Shown here: piece after piece, positions 9,190 through 18,386 of the stretch
Numbering within the stretch: the first letter of the stretch is position 1
Layout of the letters: each line of letters starts with the position of its first letter
Assembly (NCBI GenBank): GCA_963663405.2
Contig: CAXXSM010000118.1
Span: 96,001 to 160,000, forward strand
Length of the DNA stretch: 64,000 bases
Source: a bacterium
GTDB lineage: Bacteria; Hinthialibacterota; Hinthialibacteria; Hinthialibacterales; Hinthialibacteraceae
Direction of reading: 5' to 3'
The notes under the pieces: generated by a model
Databases searched by the model: none
Told to the model about the DNA's origin: nothing
What the model saw: only the letters and a program-made list of their open reading frames with translations
Position numbers and translations under genes: made by a program

Positions 9190-10887
9190 TTACCTCAACA
9201 TCCAGTCGTCAATCGCAACAACACCCATAGGGCCAGCTTTGAGATTATCAAAACGGGCATGATGCGACTCCACTAAATCACCAGCGAAGTCCGGGTACGC
9301 CGGGCGGTAGTGGAGAGCCGCCGGTCCAAACGAATACTCCGAATCGCTGATTAGCGCGACCTCATCTCCATCAACAACAAACTTGATAGAATCATCTAAA
9401 CATTCGATCCGGAAACGGCGCCAACCGTCATCGTCAATATTCATTGTGCCAAAATCAGTGGCGAATCCTTCCAATCGTTCCCGCGTATGAGCTGTGTCGT
9501 TGCCACTCGCGTACTTGCGGGCAAAAATCTGTCCAAGGTCAGACTCATAGGAAAGAGCGTAACCACCGCACGCCCAGTTGGACGCTTGATCTCCAGGAGC
9601 GTCGAGTTTGGGAGCATTGGGATTTGTCGCATTTAATCGCGCGCCGAGAGATACGCGATCGTATCCACCTTGATAATCGTCGCGCAGTTCGCAATAGACG
9701 TCCACTTCAACAAAATAATCTTGATTGAAACTCTGCCCGAAAACCAGCGTATCATATCCATATGACGAACCGATTTCGACAGCGTATCCAGGGCTGGACG
9801 CGCCCTCCAGTGGATTGGGTTCAATCCCCGGTAGTAAGGCCTCGGCGGTTTCCGCGTCAGGGAATCCCACTTCATACGTTTTATCCACAGTAACATCGAT
9901 AACTGGCCTTTCATCCCCTGACATTCCCCATTGCGCCACACCGCGATAAATAATATCTGGATTCAATCCGGTTTCGTCGAACGGGTCGGCGACGGCTGTC
10001 GTATCCAAATTGTTATAGGAACTGAGCGCTCCAGTGAAATCAACTGTTGTAACCTCCTCAAGCAGAGTCAGCGAAGTGACTCCAGGTTCAAACTCATATC
10101 CATATTTCATAGGAAAAAGGCGGTAGGGCTTCCCTTGATACAACGTTTCAAACACATACTCTCCGGAAGTGTCTGTTTTCGTTTGGAGAATTTCTGTTTC
10201 TCCGATCGCATAGACGGTCACATCCGATAGTGGAGTGTCTCCTTCTACAATGGAACCTTGTACACTCGCGCCCGGAAGTTCGCTGATAAAATGAATATCG
10301 TCTACGTATAGTGTTCCCGCGACGTTATCCACATCACCTACCACCATGAATCCAGCGTCTACAATATCGGTCCAATCAGCGTCCGGTTGATCCGTCCCAT
10401 ATCCGTCATCCCACGTCTCTTCGACAAACGAGTCGAGGGCTAACGTGACCTGCTGCCATTCCGGGGTTACGACGTAATTGTGGGGAATTCGAAATCGAAT
10501 GACGCGCCCTCGGCTGTCCCACAGAAAAACCATAGCCTGCATTGCGCCATCAACGAGATTGGGATCCCCGTAAATCCAGAATGTAATCGCGAAATATTGT
10601 TCCAAGTCGAGTGGAAATTCTGGGATCCATCGCTGTAACTTGTTGTACCACCATTTCTCGGGCATATCGACTAGCAATTCCATACAGTAATTTCCATCGG
10701 GTGGATTCATGGTGTCATTTAAGAAATAAAAAAGCCCATCGGGGCCACCCGCTTTTGAATATTGCCACTCGATGGATAGATCGAAATCATCCAGGTAATC
10801 TTCAAAATCATCCACCAGTTGATCCAGCGCGCCTGCTGACGGCGCCCAAAGAGCCACACAAATGAAAAGGAATAGTGATCTTTGCAT
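9190..10887 (-). CDS. Secreted multidomain protein (CBM11/CIA30-like, carboxypeptidase-regulatory-like, concanavalin-like)
   Basis: Signal peptide; VDDFE...WQQVTLAL..F...GTLYVDDIHF; TDTSGEYVF..L; ARFDNL; ends AIDDWMLR. Confidence 0.6.
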   Translation of the reverse strand: MQRSLFLFICVALWAPSAGALDQLVDDFEDYLDDFDLSIEWQYSKAGGPDGLFYFLNDTMNPPDGNYCMELLVDMPEKWWYNKLQRWIPEFPLDLEQYFAITFWIYGDPNLVDGAMQAMVFLWDSRGRVIRFRIPHNYVVTPEWQQVTLALDSFVEETWDDGYGTDQPDADWTDIVDAGFMVVGDVDNVAGTLYVDDIHFISELPGASVQGSIVEGDTPLSDVTVYAIGETEILQTKTDTSGEYVFETLYQGKPYRLFPMKYGYEFEPGVTSLTLLEEVTTVDFTGALSSYNNLDTTAVADPFDETGLNPDIIYRGVAQWGMSGDERPVIDVTVDKTYEVGFPDAETAEALLPGIEPNPLEGASSPGYAVEIGSSYGYDTLVFGQSFNQDYFVEVDVYCELRDDYQGGYDRVSLGARLNATNPNAPKLDAPGDQASNWACGGYALSYESDLGQIFARKYASGNDTAHTRERLEGFATDFGTMNIDDDGWRRFRIECLDDSIKFVVDGDEVALISDSEYSFGPAALHYRPAYPDFAGDLVESHHARFDNLKAGPMGVVAIDDWMLR

Positions 10888-11089
10888 TTTCTTTCTCCTT
10901 ATTTAAGAAATAACAGATAAAATATATCCGTCATGAACCCTAATTTAAATGTTAACAGAGAATTAATGAAACCTTTTTATCGCCCAATTCGTTTTTCAAG
11001 GTAAAAAAAACAGAAAACGTTACGATAATATGAATGGTGATTCGGCTTGAATTGGATATTTTCACATTTCACAAATAAACTGAAGGTTT

Positions 11090-11170
11090 ATGATGCGTAA
11101 AAGTATATTGAGTCCCCTTTTCAGACGTGAGCGATTGTTATTATCAATCAGTATTCTTTTATTGATAATA
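11090..11170 (+). pseudogene. 5' fragment of a TAXI-family solute receptor gene interrupted by a mobile element
   Basis: MMRKSILSPLFRRERLLLSISILLLII joins in frame to TFIYWISF... at 13599 when 11171-13598 is removed. Confidence 0.75.
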
Positions 11171-11421
11171 GATAGGAGTTTTTATCGAGCGAAGCCGAGA
11201 TACAAACTCTATTGGACGAAGTGCGGGGGGAATGTGAGAACCTATAACACACCATTAATTCGCGAAACGGTTCAATTGAGAAAGAGAAGTTGATGGTTTA
11301 GAAAGAGAAAATCATCTTGAAACTATAGAAATCCCATCACGGCAAGAAAAGTAAAAAAATCTTCCCACGTAAAGTTATAATTTCTTTGTATAGCCATCGC
11401 GATGCTTACAATCGGAATCGA

Positions 11422-12588
11422 TCAGGGGCTTCGATTCCGATTGAGGGTTTCAATGACAATCACGTTACAGCTTTTGCAACGCGGACATTTAGGCCATTCC
11501 GGCGCCGATTCTTGGCCGGTCCGATCGAATACTGCTTTGTCGTTGGTCTCTTTTGAAACGATGGAATTCTCAACCGATTCGGGAATAGAAACGCTCTCCG
11601 CCTTGGGGGCGAGGAGCAAACGGATTCGATTGCGTGTGTCCCGATGACAGTGATGCCACAGCCCATAGTAGCGGACTTTATGGAAGCCGCGGGGGAGCAC
11701 ATGCATCACGAAGCGCCGCAGAAATTCTTCGCCCGGCAAGCGGAGAGTTCGCCAATGCTTCTCTTTGAAGGTCTTGTAGCGGAACGTCACGTGGGTAGCG
11801 TCCATTGCCAGAAGCCGGTGGTTGGAGATCGCGATGCGATAGACATAGCGCCCCAGGTAATTCAAGATGGCTTTCACGCCTTTGCCATACGGTTTGCAGA
11901 ACGAGTTCCAGCCTCTATTCCAGACCTTGGTCTCGATGCCTTGGAAGATCTCCGGCGCCGCTTTTTCGAGCCGTTCTTTAAAGCGCCGGCGAACGAGTAA
12001 GCTGAGCGTTCCCACATGGAGAAGCCATTTCGGGTGGCGGAGTTCCATCCAAGAGTGGCCGTCCTCACTCACGGCGCCGGCGCTGACCAACAGATGGACA
12101 TGTGGATGCAATTCCAGATCTCCCCGCCAAGTGTGCAGCACGGCCAGGATCGCCGGGGTCCCGCCAACGACTTGGGGATTGCGCATCAGATCCATGATAC
12201 AGGAAGCAGCCGTCGTCATCAGCAACCCATAGAGAATCTTTTGATGAGCCAAGAAAGCCGCCCGGATAGACTGCGGAACTGTTACGATTACATGAAAGTA
12301 ACGGCAGCCAAGCATCTGGTCTTCCCGCTTCTCGATCCATTGCCGCATCGCCTGGGAATGACAGGACGGACAGGATCGATTGCCACACCCGTGATACACC
12401 CAGAAGTCTTCGCCGCAGTCCTGACAGTGATAACGATGCCCTCCCAGTTCCGCCGTATGACAGGCCATGATATCGTGCAGCGCTTTACGCTGGGAGGGCA
12501 AAAGGCGCTTCCCTTGCTGCCGGATATAGGCCGGGCCAAACCGGCGAACCACATCGCCGAGTTCGAGGTTCGATGAAGTGCAATTCAT
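11422..12588 (-). CDS. IS91-family rolling-circle (HUH/Y2) transposase with N-terminal Zn-binding domain
   Basis: C..C, CGNRSCPSC, YFHVIVTVP, LHTW...HPHVHLLV (HUH), YLGRY (Y2), RRFVMHVLPRGFHKVRYYG, C-terminal CPRC. Confidence 0.92.
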   Translation of the reverse strand: MNCTSSNLELGDVVRRFGPAYIRQQGKRLLPSQRKALHDIMACHTAELGGHRYHCQDCGEDFWVYHGCGNRSCPSCHSQAMRQWIEKREDQMLGCRYFHVIVTVPQSIRAAFLAHQKILYGLLMTTAASCIMDLMRNPQVVGGTPAILAVLHTWRGDLELHPHVHLLVSAGAVSEDGHSWMELRHPKWLLHVGTLSLLVRRRFKERLEKAAPEIFQGIETKVWNRGWNSFCKPYGKGVKAILNYLGRYVYRIAISNHRLLAMDATHVTFRYKTFKEKHWRTLRLPGEEFLRRFVMHVLPRGFHKVRYYGLWHHCHRDTRNRIRLLLAPKAESVSIPESVENSIVSKETNDKAVFDRTGQESAPEWPKCPRCKSCNVIVIETLNRNRSP

Positions 12589-12597
12589 GATTCCTCC

Positions 12598-13445
12598 TCA
12601 CATCAGATCGGCGAACACGGCGTTGATCCGATCCTGAGCCTCGTGGCGAAGCGGCTCAGTCAAATGAGTGTAGATCTGTGTCGAACGAATACTGGAATGG
12701 CCGAGAAGAATCTGGACAACGCGCAGGCTTTCGCCGTTCTCCAGCAATCTGCTGGCAAACGAATGACGCATCGAATGCGGCTTCACATCGTCTGTCAGCC
12801 CGGTAGCGTTACAGGCCAAGCGAAACGCTTTGCCGAGTGTCGATGAGGGAATGTGGTTGGAGCCTTGTTGGTTGGGGAATAGCCAGGTGGGATGGCGATG
12901 CATCAACCAGAGTTCACGCATCGGCTCCAACAAGGTGTCCGGGAGAGGAACGATTCGCTCTTTATCGCCCTTCCCAATAATCCGTAAACTCATTTGGTTG
13001 GAATCGATCTGCCGCACCGGAAGAGAGATGACTTCACTGGTCCGAAGGCCGCACGCATACATCAACGTTAGAGCCAACCGGTAGGGCGTTTTCCTGACGG
13101 CGGCCAGGAGGGCGCGAACTTGGGAATGGGTTAATGAATGCGGCAGGCGCTTTTGGCGAGGCTTACGAATCTTTTTTTTGCAAACAACGGCCACCCCAGA
13201 TCCAGCGTGGTTTGATAAAGAAATTTCAGCGCGCTGTAGTGGACCTGAAACGTTCCGAGAGCGACTTTCTTCACGTCTCGCAAATTCAGTAAATAGACCC
13301 GGACGAGTTCCTCGCTAATGCATTCTGGCGAGCAATCAAATTCTAGAGCGAATGAGGCGACGGCTCGGACGTATGCTTTTTGCGTGCCTTCGCTCAGTCC
13401 TGCTAACGTCATGTCTTCGATCATGCGTTTCCGTAATGATTTCAT
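12598..13445 (-). CDS. Tyrosine recombinase with N-terminal SAM-like domain, split into two frames at an A8 run (13172-13179)
   Basis: N part 13131-13445 (LRKRMIEDM..GLSEGTQKAY); C part with YACGLRTSE, GKGDKER, HSMRHSFAS, LLGH and TQIYTH; joined by a -1 shift. Confidence 0.88.
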
Positions 13446-13598
13446 GATCTTTCTCCTGTAAATAAGTAGTGGTTGGCAGTCTTACAGCCACTGCCTTCTC
13501 AGAAGAAATACATGACAACTCAGGAGATTTCGCAAGGGGATTGTTCAACTAGAAAATTCGGCGTACGACACTCTGCGGCGGAGCCGCTTCGTCCAATA

Positions 13599-14030
13599 AC
13601 ATTTATCTATTGGATTTCATTTCAGGATTTTGGGCCTTCCAGCGAACCGTTGAAAATAACCGCGGGTGATACCAGCGGAATCCGCCATCAATTCGCCCGT
13701 TTATTGAATGAGGAAGCGCAACCGTTCGGTGTATCTCTCGAGCTGGCCGGAACGCAAGGATCAGAGGAAGCGCTCGATCTTGTCAATCAAGGTAAATTGA
13801 ATCTTGCGTTTGTACAAGGTGGCTTACGCCAAAACCGGCCAGTCTCTGAATTGTGGAAAGAAGTGTTGGAAGATAGTGTCAACATTGGAAGAAAAACACT
13901 CTCATTTCGTTTACATCAATTTTCAAAGATTCCGTCCAAAGAAACCTGTGTTCGTCCGAAAAATCCAGCCACCCGACCGGGATTCATTGCAATGCATAGA
14001 TTACTCAAACGATATTACTCACTGATATAG
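13599..14030 (+). pseudogene. Truncated 3' continuation of the TAXI TRAP-type solute receptor gene
   Basis: LKITAG...TQGSEEALDLVNQGKLNLAFVQGG is typical of TAXI receptors; similarity is lost after ~13845. Confidence 0.7.
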
Positions 14031-14082
14031 GCAGGATTAAGATATTATTATCGAATATATATAATGGAGGGAATTATAACGA

Positions 14083-15456
14083 TCAAAGATATCCTTCCTC
14101 CCGGTATTTTCGCAATTTGTAGGTCAATGCGCGGCGGCTGATTCCTAATTGCCGCGCCGTCTCGGATCGATTGTCATTATTGTTCCGCAGGGCTTTCAAA
14201 ATCGTTTCCCGTTCCACATCTTCCAACCGATTCGCCGGGTTTGCTTCCACTGCTTTTTTAGATCCTGCGTCATACTGCGCCCGTATCCGCTTCGGAAGAT
14301 GTTCGGGAATGATCAATTCCCCACGAGCCATGAGGGTGGCCCGTTCCATGGCGTTACACAGTTCACGAACATTGCCTGGCCAAGTGTATTCTACTAAAAG
14401 CCGGATCACGGATTGAGACAACCGGGAACGGCCCGATGTAAGTTGATCCGCAAAATACGTAGCCAGGGGGATAATATCTTCCCGCCGTTCCCGTAAAGAA
14501 GGGATATTCAATTCGATGACATTCAGTCTGAAAAACAAGTCTTCCCGAAATTTTCCCTCTTTCACTTCACGCTCAAGATCCCGATTGGTAGCGGTAAGAA
14601 TGCGCGCATCTGAATAGCGCTCCATATTGGAGCCTAAGCGCTGGAACGCGCCATCCTGTGTGACCCGTAAGAGTTTGGCCTGCAAAGCGGGCGACATTTC
14701 CGCGATTTCATCCAAGAGGATCGTTCCTCCATGCGCCTCTTCAAATCGCCCGGTTCGCATTTGAGAAGCGCCGGAGAACGCCCCTTTTTCATGACCGAAC
14801 AATTCACTTTCCAATAAGGTTTCCGGTATCGCGGCGCAATTGACTTTGATAAAGGAATGATTGGAGCGGGAACTCCAGTTGTGGATTAAATCAGCGAGAA
14901 TCTCCTTCCCCACCCCACTTTCTCCAGTGATCAGAATCCGGCATTCTGATGAAGCGACCAGCGCCGCTTCCCGATAGACCTCCTGAATTAATGGACTTTC
15001 CGCAATTACATGCTCAGGCAGCTGAAAATCTTCTGGCAGCGCAGGTTTTCCCTGTTTTTGTATCCCTAAAGCCTGACATACGGAGGCTAGCAGTTCATCC
15101 AGATCGATCGGTTTTTCCAAGTAGTTCACCGCGCCGACGCGCATGGCCTTGACCGCGTCCCGGATATCGGGGTAGGCGGTCACCAAAAGAATGGGCAGCG
15201 ATAAACCTGTCTTTCGGATTTCTTGCAACGTTTCCAAACCGGAAAGACCCGGCATTCGAACGTCGGAGATCATCATCTGAATCGTCAGATCCTCTTGATA
15301 TAAGCGCTTTAACGCCTGTTCCCCCGAAGACGCCGTTTGGATTCGGAATCCTTGTGATTTTAAAAATAATTCTAGCAGGTTCCGTTGTCCGGCGTCATCA
15401 TCCACAACGAGAATTTGATATTGATTGAATGGCAAAGCCGTTCCTATCTGAGCCAT
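14083..15456 (-). CDS. Sigma-54-dependent response regulator (NtrC/ZraR family)
   Basis: Receiver ILVVDDD/SDVRMP; GESGVGKE; ELFGHEKGAFSGA; WPGNVREL; Fis-type HTH. Confidence 0.95.
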   Translation of the reverse strand: MAQIGTALPFNQYQILVVDDDAGQRNLLELFLKSQGFRIQTASSGEQALKRLYQEDLTIQMMISDVRMPGLSGLETLQEIRKTGLSLPILLVTAYPDIRDAVKAMRVGAVNYLEKPIDLDELLASVCQALGIQKQGKPALPEDFQLPEHVIAESPLIQEVYREAALVASSECRILITGESGVGKEILADLIHNWSSRSNHSFIKVNCAAIPETLLESELFGHEKGAFSGASQMRTGRFEEAHGGTILLDEIAEMSPALQAKLLRVTQDGAFQRLGSNMERYSDARILTATNRDLEREVKEGKFREDLFFRLNVIELNIPSLRERREDIIPLATYFADQLTSGRSRLSQSVIRLLVEYTWPGNVRELCNAMERATLMARGELIIPEHLPKRIRAQYDAGSKKAVEANPANRLEDVERETILKALRNNNDNRSETARQLGISRRALTYKLRKYREEGYL

Positions 15457-15538
15457 TCTTGATCTCCTTGTCAGAGTAGGCGCAAAGCATTATCCATAGC
15501 AAGAAAATGGAAAGAGCAGGGGTATATGACAATATGGA

Positions 15539-17065
15539 TCATTCTTGAAATAGAGCAAGACCTGATAAACGAAACCAGGCGCCGGATGGCTGATTGGATT
15601 GATAGTCGATTTCCCATCGATGGGCAAGGATAATCTGCTTGACGACGGCCAAACCTAATCCAGTTCCATTTTCTCGAGTGGTAAAGTACGGCCGGAAGAT
15701 TTTATCCTGATTTTCCAACGTAATTCCTGGCCCATTATCGCGGATATTCAACGTGGCGCTCAGCTTCCCATTTTGGACCGCGTCGATTTGAATCTCTCCT
15801 TGGGGTTCAACGGATTGGATGGAATTAATCAGCAGATTGAAAATCACCTGACGTAACAAGGTTTCATCCGCCAAGATCGTGATTTCTGGCGCGTCAACAG
15901 AGATTTTAATGTTTTTATCTTCCAAATCGGTCTGCAATGTACGAATCACATCCTGAATCGTGGGCTCCAATAGGATCGGTGAAAGATGAGGTTCACGGGG
16001 TTTGGAATAATCAATGAACTCATTCAGTTGCGCCGTCACACGATCTACTTCTTCGGTAATACTCCAAGCCTGATCATGTATCTTCGAATCGACGGATGGT
16101 TCTTTTGCGATCAATTGCGCCAGCCCACGGACCAGGTTGAGAGGATTACGCGTTTCATGAGCCAATCCCGCCGCCGCTAAGTTCATTTCCCGCAGATGAA
16201 TGTTCATCTCTCCAGCGCGGACCAGACGCAACTGCAACGCGGACGATTTTACCTGATTGCGCCAAGCAAACGCAAGAGCAACCAACGCGAGAAACGCAAA
16301 ACCGATAATGAAAAACCGCACCCACAGATCATTCTGTAGAGAACGATGATAATCGGTCAATGACATTTCTATAGCGAAACCATGAATGCCCGCGCGTTCA
16401 AGTAGAGAATTAAATTCATCTGGTTCCATTCCATGTGGAGGCCCAGGCCGGAATCGATCGCGCCTGCGATTTGAATTTAGTGAACCACTTGCCGAATTCA
16501 CTATACCGGACGCGCTTTCGATATCCGGTCCAAAAGAGGGATCAGGCGGGCCTTCCCGATCTTCTTGAAAGGGTGGACGAGGGGGCGGGGGGCCTCTCCA
16601 TCTCCGAAAGATCCGTTCTCGATCCTGCTCCGACAGGATTAACAGCGGATGAGACGCTTGGGAAGAGGGATTGGTTCTGGCGTTTAGATCGACCAGATTG
16701 ATAAAGGTTACTGTTTTCTTTCCCCAGACTTCATCGGTATCCGGAAATGGCTGCGAAACAAATTCCACCGGGGTTCCAACGGAACAGACCACCTCCCCCG
16801 CGGCATTATACAGTGTGACTGAATATAGTTCCCGCATTTGAGTCAAATCATACAGCGCGTTTTCCAGCCGGGCTTGATGGATGACGCCTCCGAATAAGGA
16901 TTGAGAACGGAGAACCACGCCCAGCGTATTCGAGATGTCACGCGCTCGATTGATCAAAGCCTCCCGGCTCCGGTCTCTGAAACGATTGGATTCAACCACT
17001 GACCAGACAACAAGGGTGATGGCAATCAGGATGAAAATCGCTGGCACTTTAAATTTTTGTATCAT
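15539..17065 (-). CDS. Membrane sensor histidine kinase (ZraS-like architecture)
   Basis: Two TM helices; LAHETRNPL H-box; NLLINS, DNGPGI and GTGLGL boxes. Confidence 0.92.
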   Translation of the reverse strand: MIQKFKVPAIFILIAITLVVWSVVESNRFRDRSREALINRARDISNTLGVVLRSQSLFGGVIHQARLENALYDLTQMRELYSVTLYNAAGEVVCSVGTPVEFVSQPFPDTDEVWGKKTVTFINLVDLNARTNPSSQASHPLLILSEQDRERIFRRWRGPPPPRPPFQEDREGPPDPSFGPDIESASGIVNSASGSLNSNRRRDRFRPGPPHGMEPDEFNSLLERAGIHGFAIEMSLTDYHRSLQNDLWVRFFIIGFAFLALVALAFAWRNQVKSSALQLRLVRAGEMNIHLREMNLAAAGLAHETRNPLNLVRGLAQLIAKEPSVDSKIHDQAWSITEEVDRVTAQLNEFIDYSKPREPHLSPILLEPTIQDVIRTLQTDLEDKNIKISVDAPEITILADETLLRQVIFNLLINSIQSVEPQGEIQIDAVQNGKLSATLNIRDNGPGITLENQDKIFRPYFTTRENGTGLGLAVVKQIILAHRWEIDYQSNQPSGAWFRLSGLALFQE

Positions 17066-18336
17066 TGAACACGGCCTGGATAAAAGATTGAAGATCGTCT
17101 TCGCGATCGTTTTGCTTTATTTGATTTAGATGATTCTTGATTGGAATCTCCCTGTTTTATAATTGATTCTTCCTGGTTCGATTCGGATTCAATTTCTTTT
17201 GAAGAATCTTTTCCCTTGGATTCTTCAGTTTTGGTTACCGGTAAATTGTCAATAAATTTATTCAATTGTTCTTCCGAAAACGTATTCGGAATTAACTCTG
17301 AATACGCTCGTTCGTTTTGCGACATTTCAACTAGACCCGCTGGCCCATCCACAACATAAGGCGTTAAGAAGATCAGCAATTCGGTCTTCGTTTTATTTTT
17401 AATATTCCTTCGGAAGAGCATTCCCAATAGAGGGATATCACCCAGTACAGGCACTTTGTTGGTGATTTCCACATTGTTGTCTTCCATCATGCCACCAATG
17501 ACAACTGTCTGCCCATTGGGTGTGACCACCACCGTATCAGCCGAACGCTTGGCGATGATAGGCGTATTGACATTGGTAGTCAAAGCGACGGTTTCATCGG
17601 TTAAATTGGAAATTTCCGGCGCTAGAATCATTTCGACCAAGCCATCCTTGGTGATGAAAGGCGTCACACGTAGTATAATCCCGATGTCTTCATATTCTAC
17701 TGTATTCAGAGTTTCTCCATCTTCTAAATATCGTGTATTCGTGATCTTCGGAAACTCTTTCCCCACAGTGATGACCGCTTCCTGGTTGTTCCGGGTGAGA
17801 ATCGATGGACGGGAGAGCACTTCGGTTCGTCCCACTTCAGCAATCGCCCGGACCGTGATACTGACATCATTTTCAATCAACCGGTAAAATCCTCCCAGAT
17901 TTTCCGCGGCCACACCAAATGAGGTTTGAAATTCCTGACCATTCCCGCTGGGACGTAAATTTAGACTCGCGAGTCCATCGACTCCTAAATCACGATCATC
18001 ATTATATGTGACTTCCAAAAATAACACCTTGATCAGTACTTGCTGAACGGGCTGGTCCAGTTGTTCGATGATTTGCCGAATATGATCATTCGTTTCTTCA
18101 TCCGCTATGACAATGATGGAACGTGAGTCATGGTCCGCTTCAATAATGGCTTCACCGATCATCCCATTGGACTGATAATAACGCTGTACGCTTTGCGATC
18201 CGCTTGAGTAAGATCCCTGTCCCATACCCCCACGCCCACCTCCACCAAAGAACTGGGCGAACGAGGAGTCTGTATACGGACCGGTCATCAAGAAGAGCAA
18301 GACTGGAAGAAAACCTTTCCGGATCAATTTATACAT
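17062..18336 (-). CDS. gspD: Secretin C-terminal part (one N domain plus secretin barrel) with its own signal peptide
   Basis: Start 18336 after AAAGGGA; MYKLIRKGFLPVLLFL...SFAQ; LDQPVQQVLI, VLSRPSI, GIILRVTP, KVPVLGDIPLLG, TELLIFLTP. Confidence 0.88.
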   Translation of the reverse strand: MYKLIRKGFLPVLLFLMTGPYTDSSFAQFFGGGGRGGMGQGSYSSGSQSVQRYYQSNGMIGEAIIEADHDSRSIIVIADEETNDHIRQIIEQLDQPVQQVLIKVLFLEVTYNDDRDLGVDGLASLNLRPSGNGQEFQTSFGVAAENLGGFYRLIENDVSITVRAIAEVGRTEVLSRPSILTRNNQEAVITVGKEFPKITNTRYLEDGETLNTVEYEDIGIILRVTPFITKDGLVEMILAPEISNLTDETVALTTNVNTPIIAKRSADTVVVTPNGQTVVIGGMMEDNNVEITNKVPVLGDIPLLGMLFRRNIKNKTKTELLIFLTPYVVDGPAGLVEMSQNERAYSELIPNTFSEEQLNKFIDNLPVTKTEESKGKDSSKEIESESNQEESIIKQGDSNQESSKSNKAKRSRRRSSIFYPGRVQ

Positions 18337-18386
18337 GGCACATCCCTTTCTGTCTGGGAACGAATTCCCGTTGTATTCTGCTTCCG

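Larger units (their letters stand above)
11171..13598 (-). mobile_element. Integrase plus IS91-family transposase element (~2.43 kb)
   Basis: Two mobility genes; AATA present at both junctions (11167-11170 and 13595-13598); removal restores the host reading frame. Confidence 0.85.

Noticed and set aside
11090-11293. 67-aa ORF as a real gene
   Set aside because: It is a chimera of the interrupted gene's first 27 codons reading into the mobile element end
12598-13445. Integron integrase with a cassette array
   Set aside because: The catalytic domain is short with no visible IntI-specific insertion, there is no cassette array, and it is paired with an IS91-type gene
13473-14030. 185-aa ORF as an intact gene
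   Set aside because: It starts inside the mobile element; only 13599 to ~13845 resembles a TAXI receptor
13843-14030. Second IS end truncating the TAXI gene
   Set aside because: There is an abrupt loss of similarity, but no partner inverted repeat or transposase could be identified
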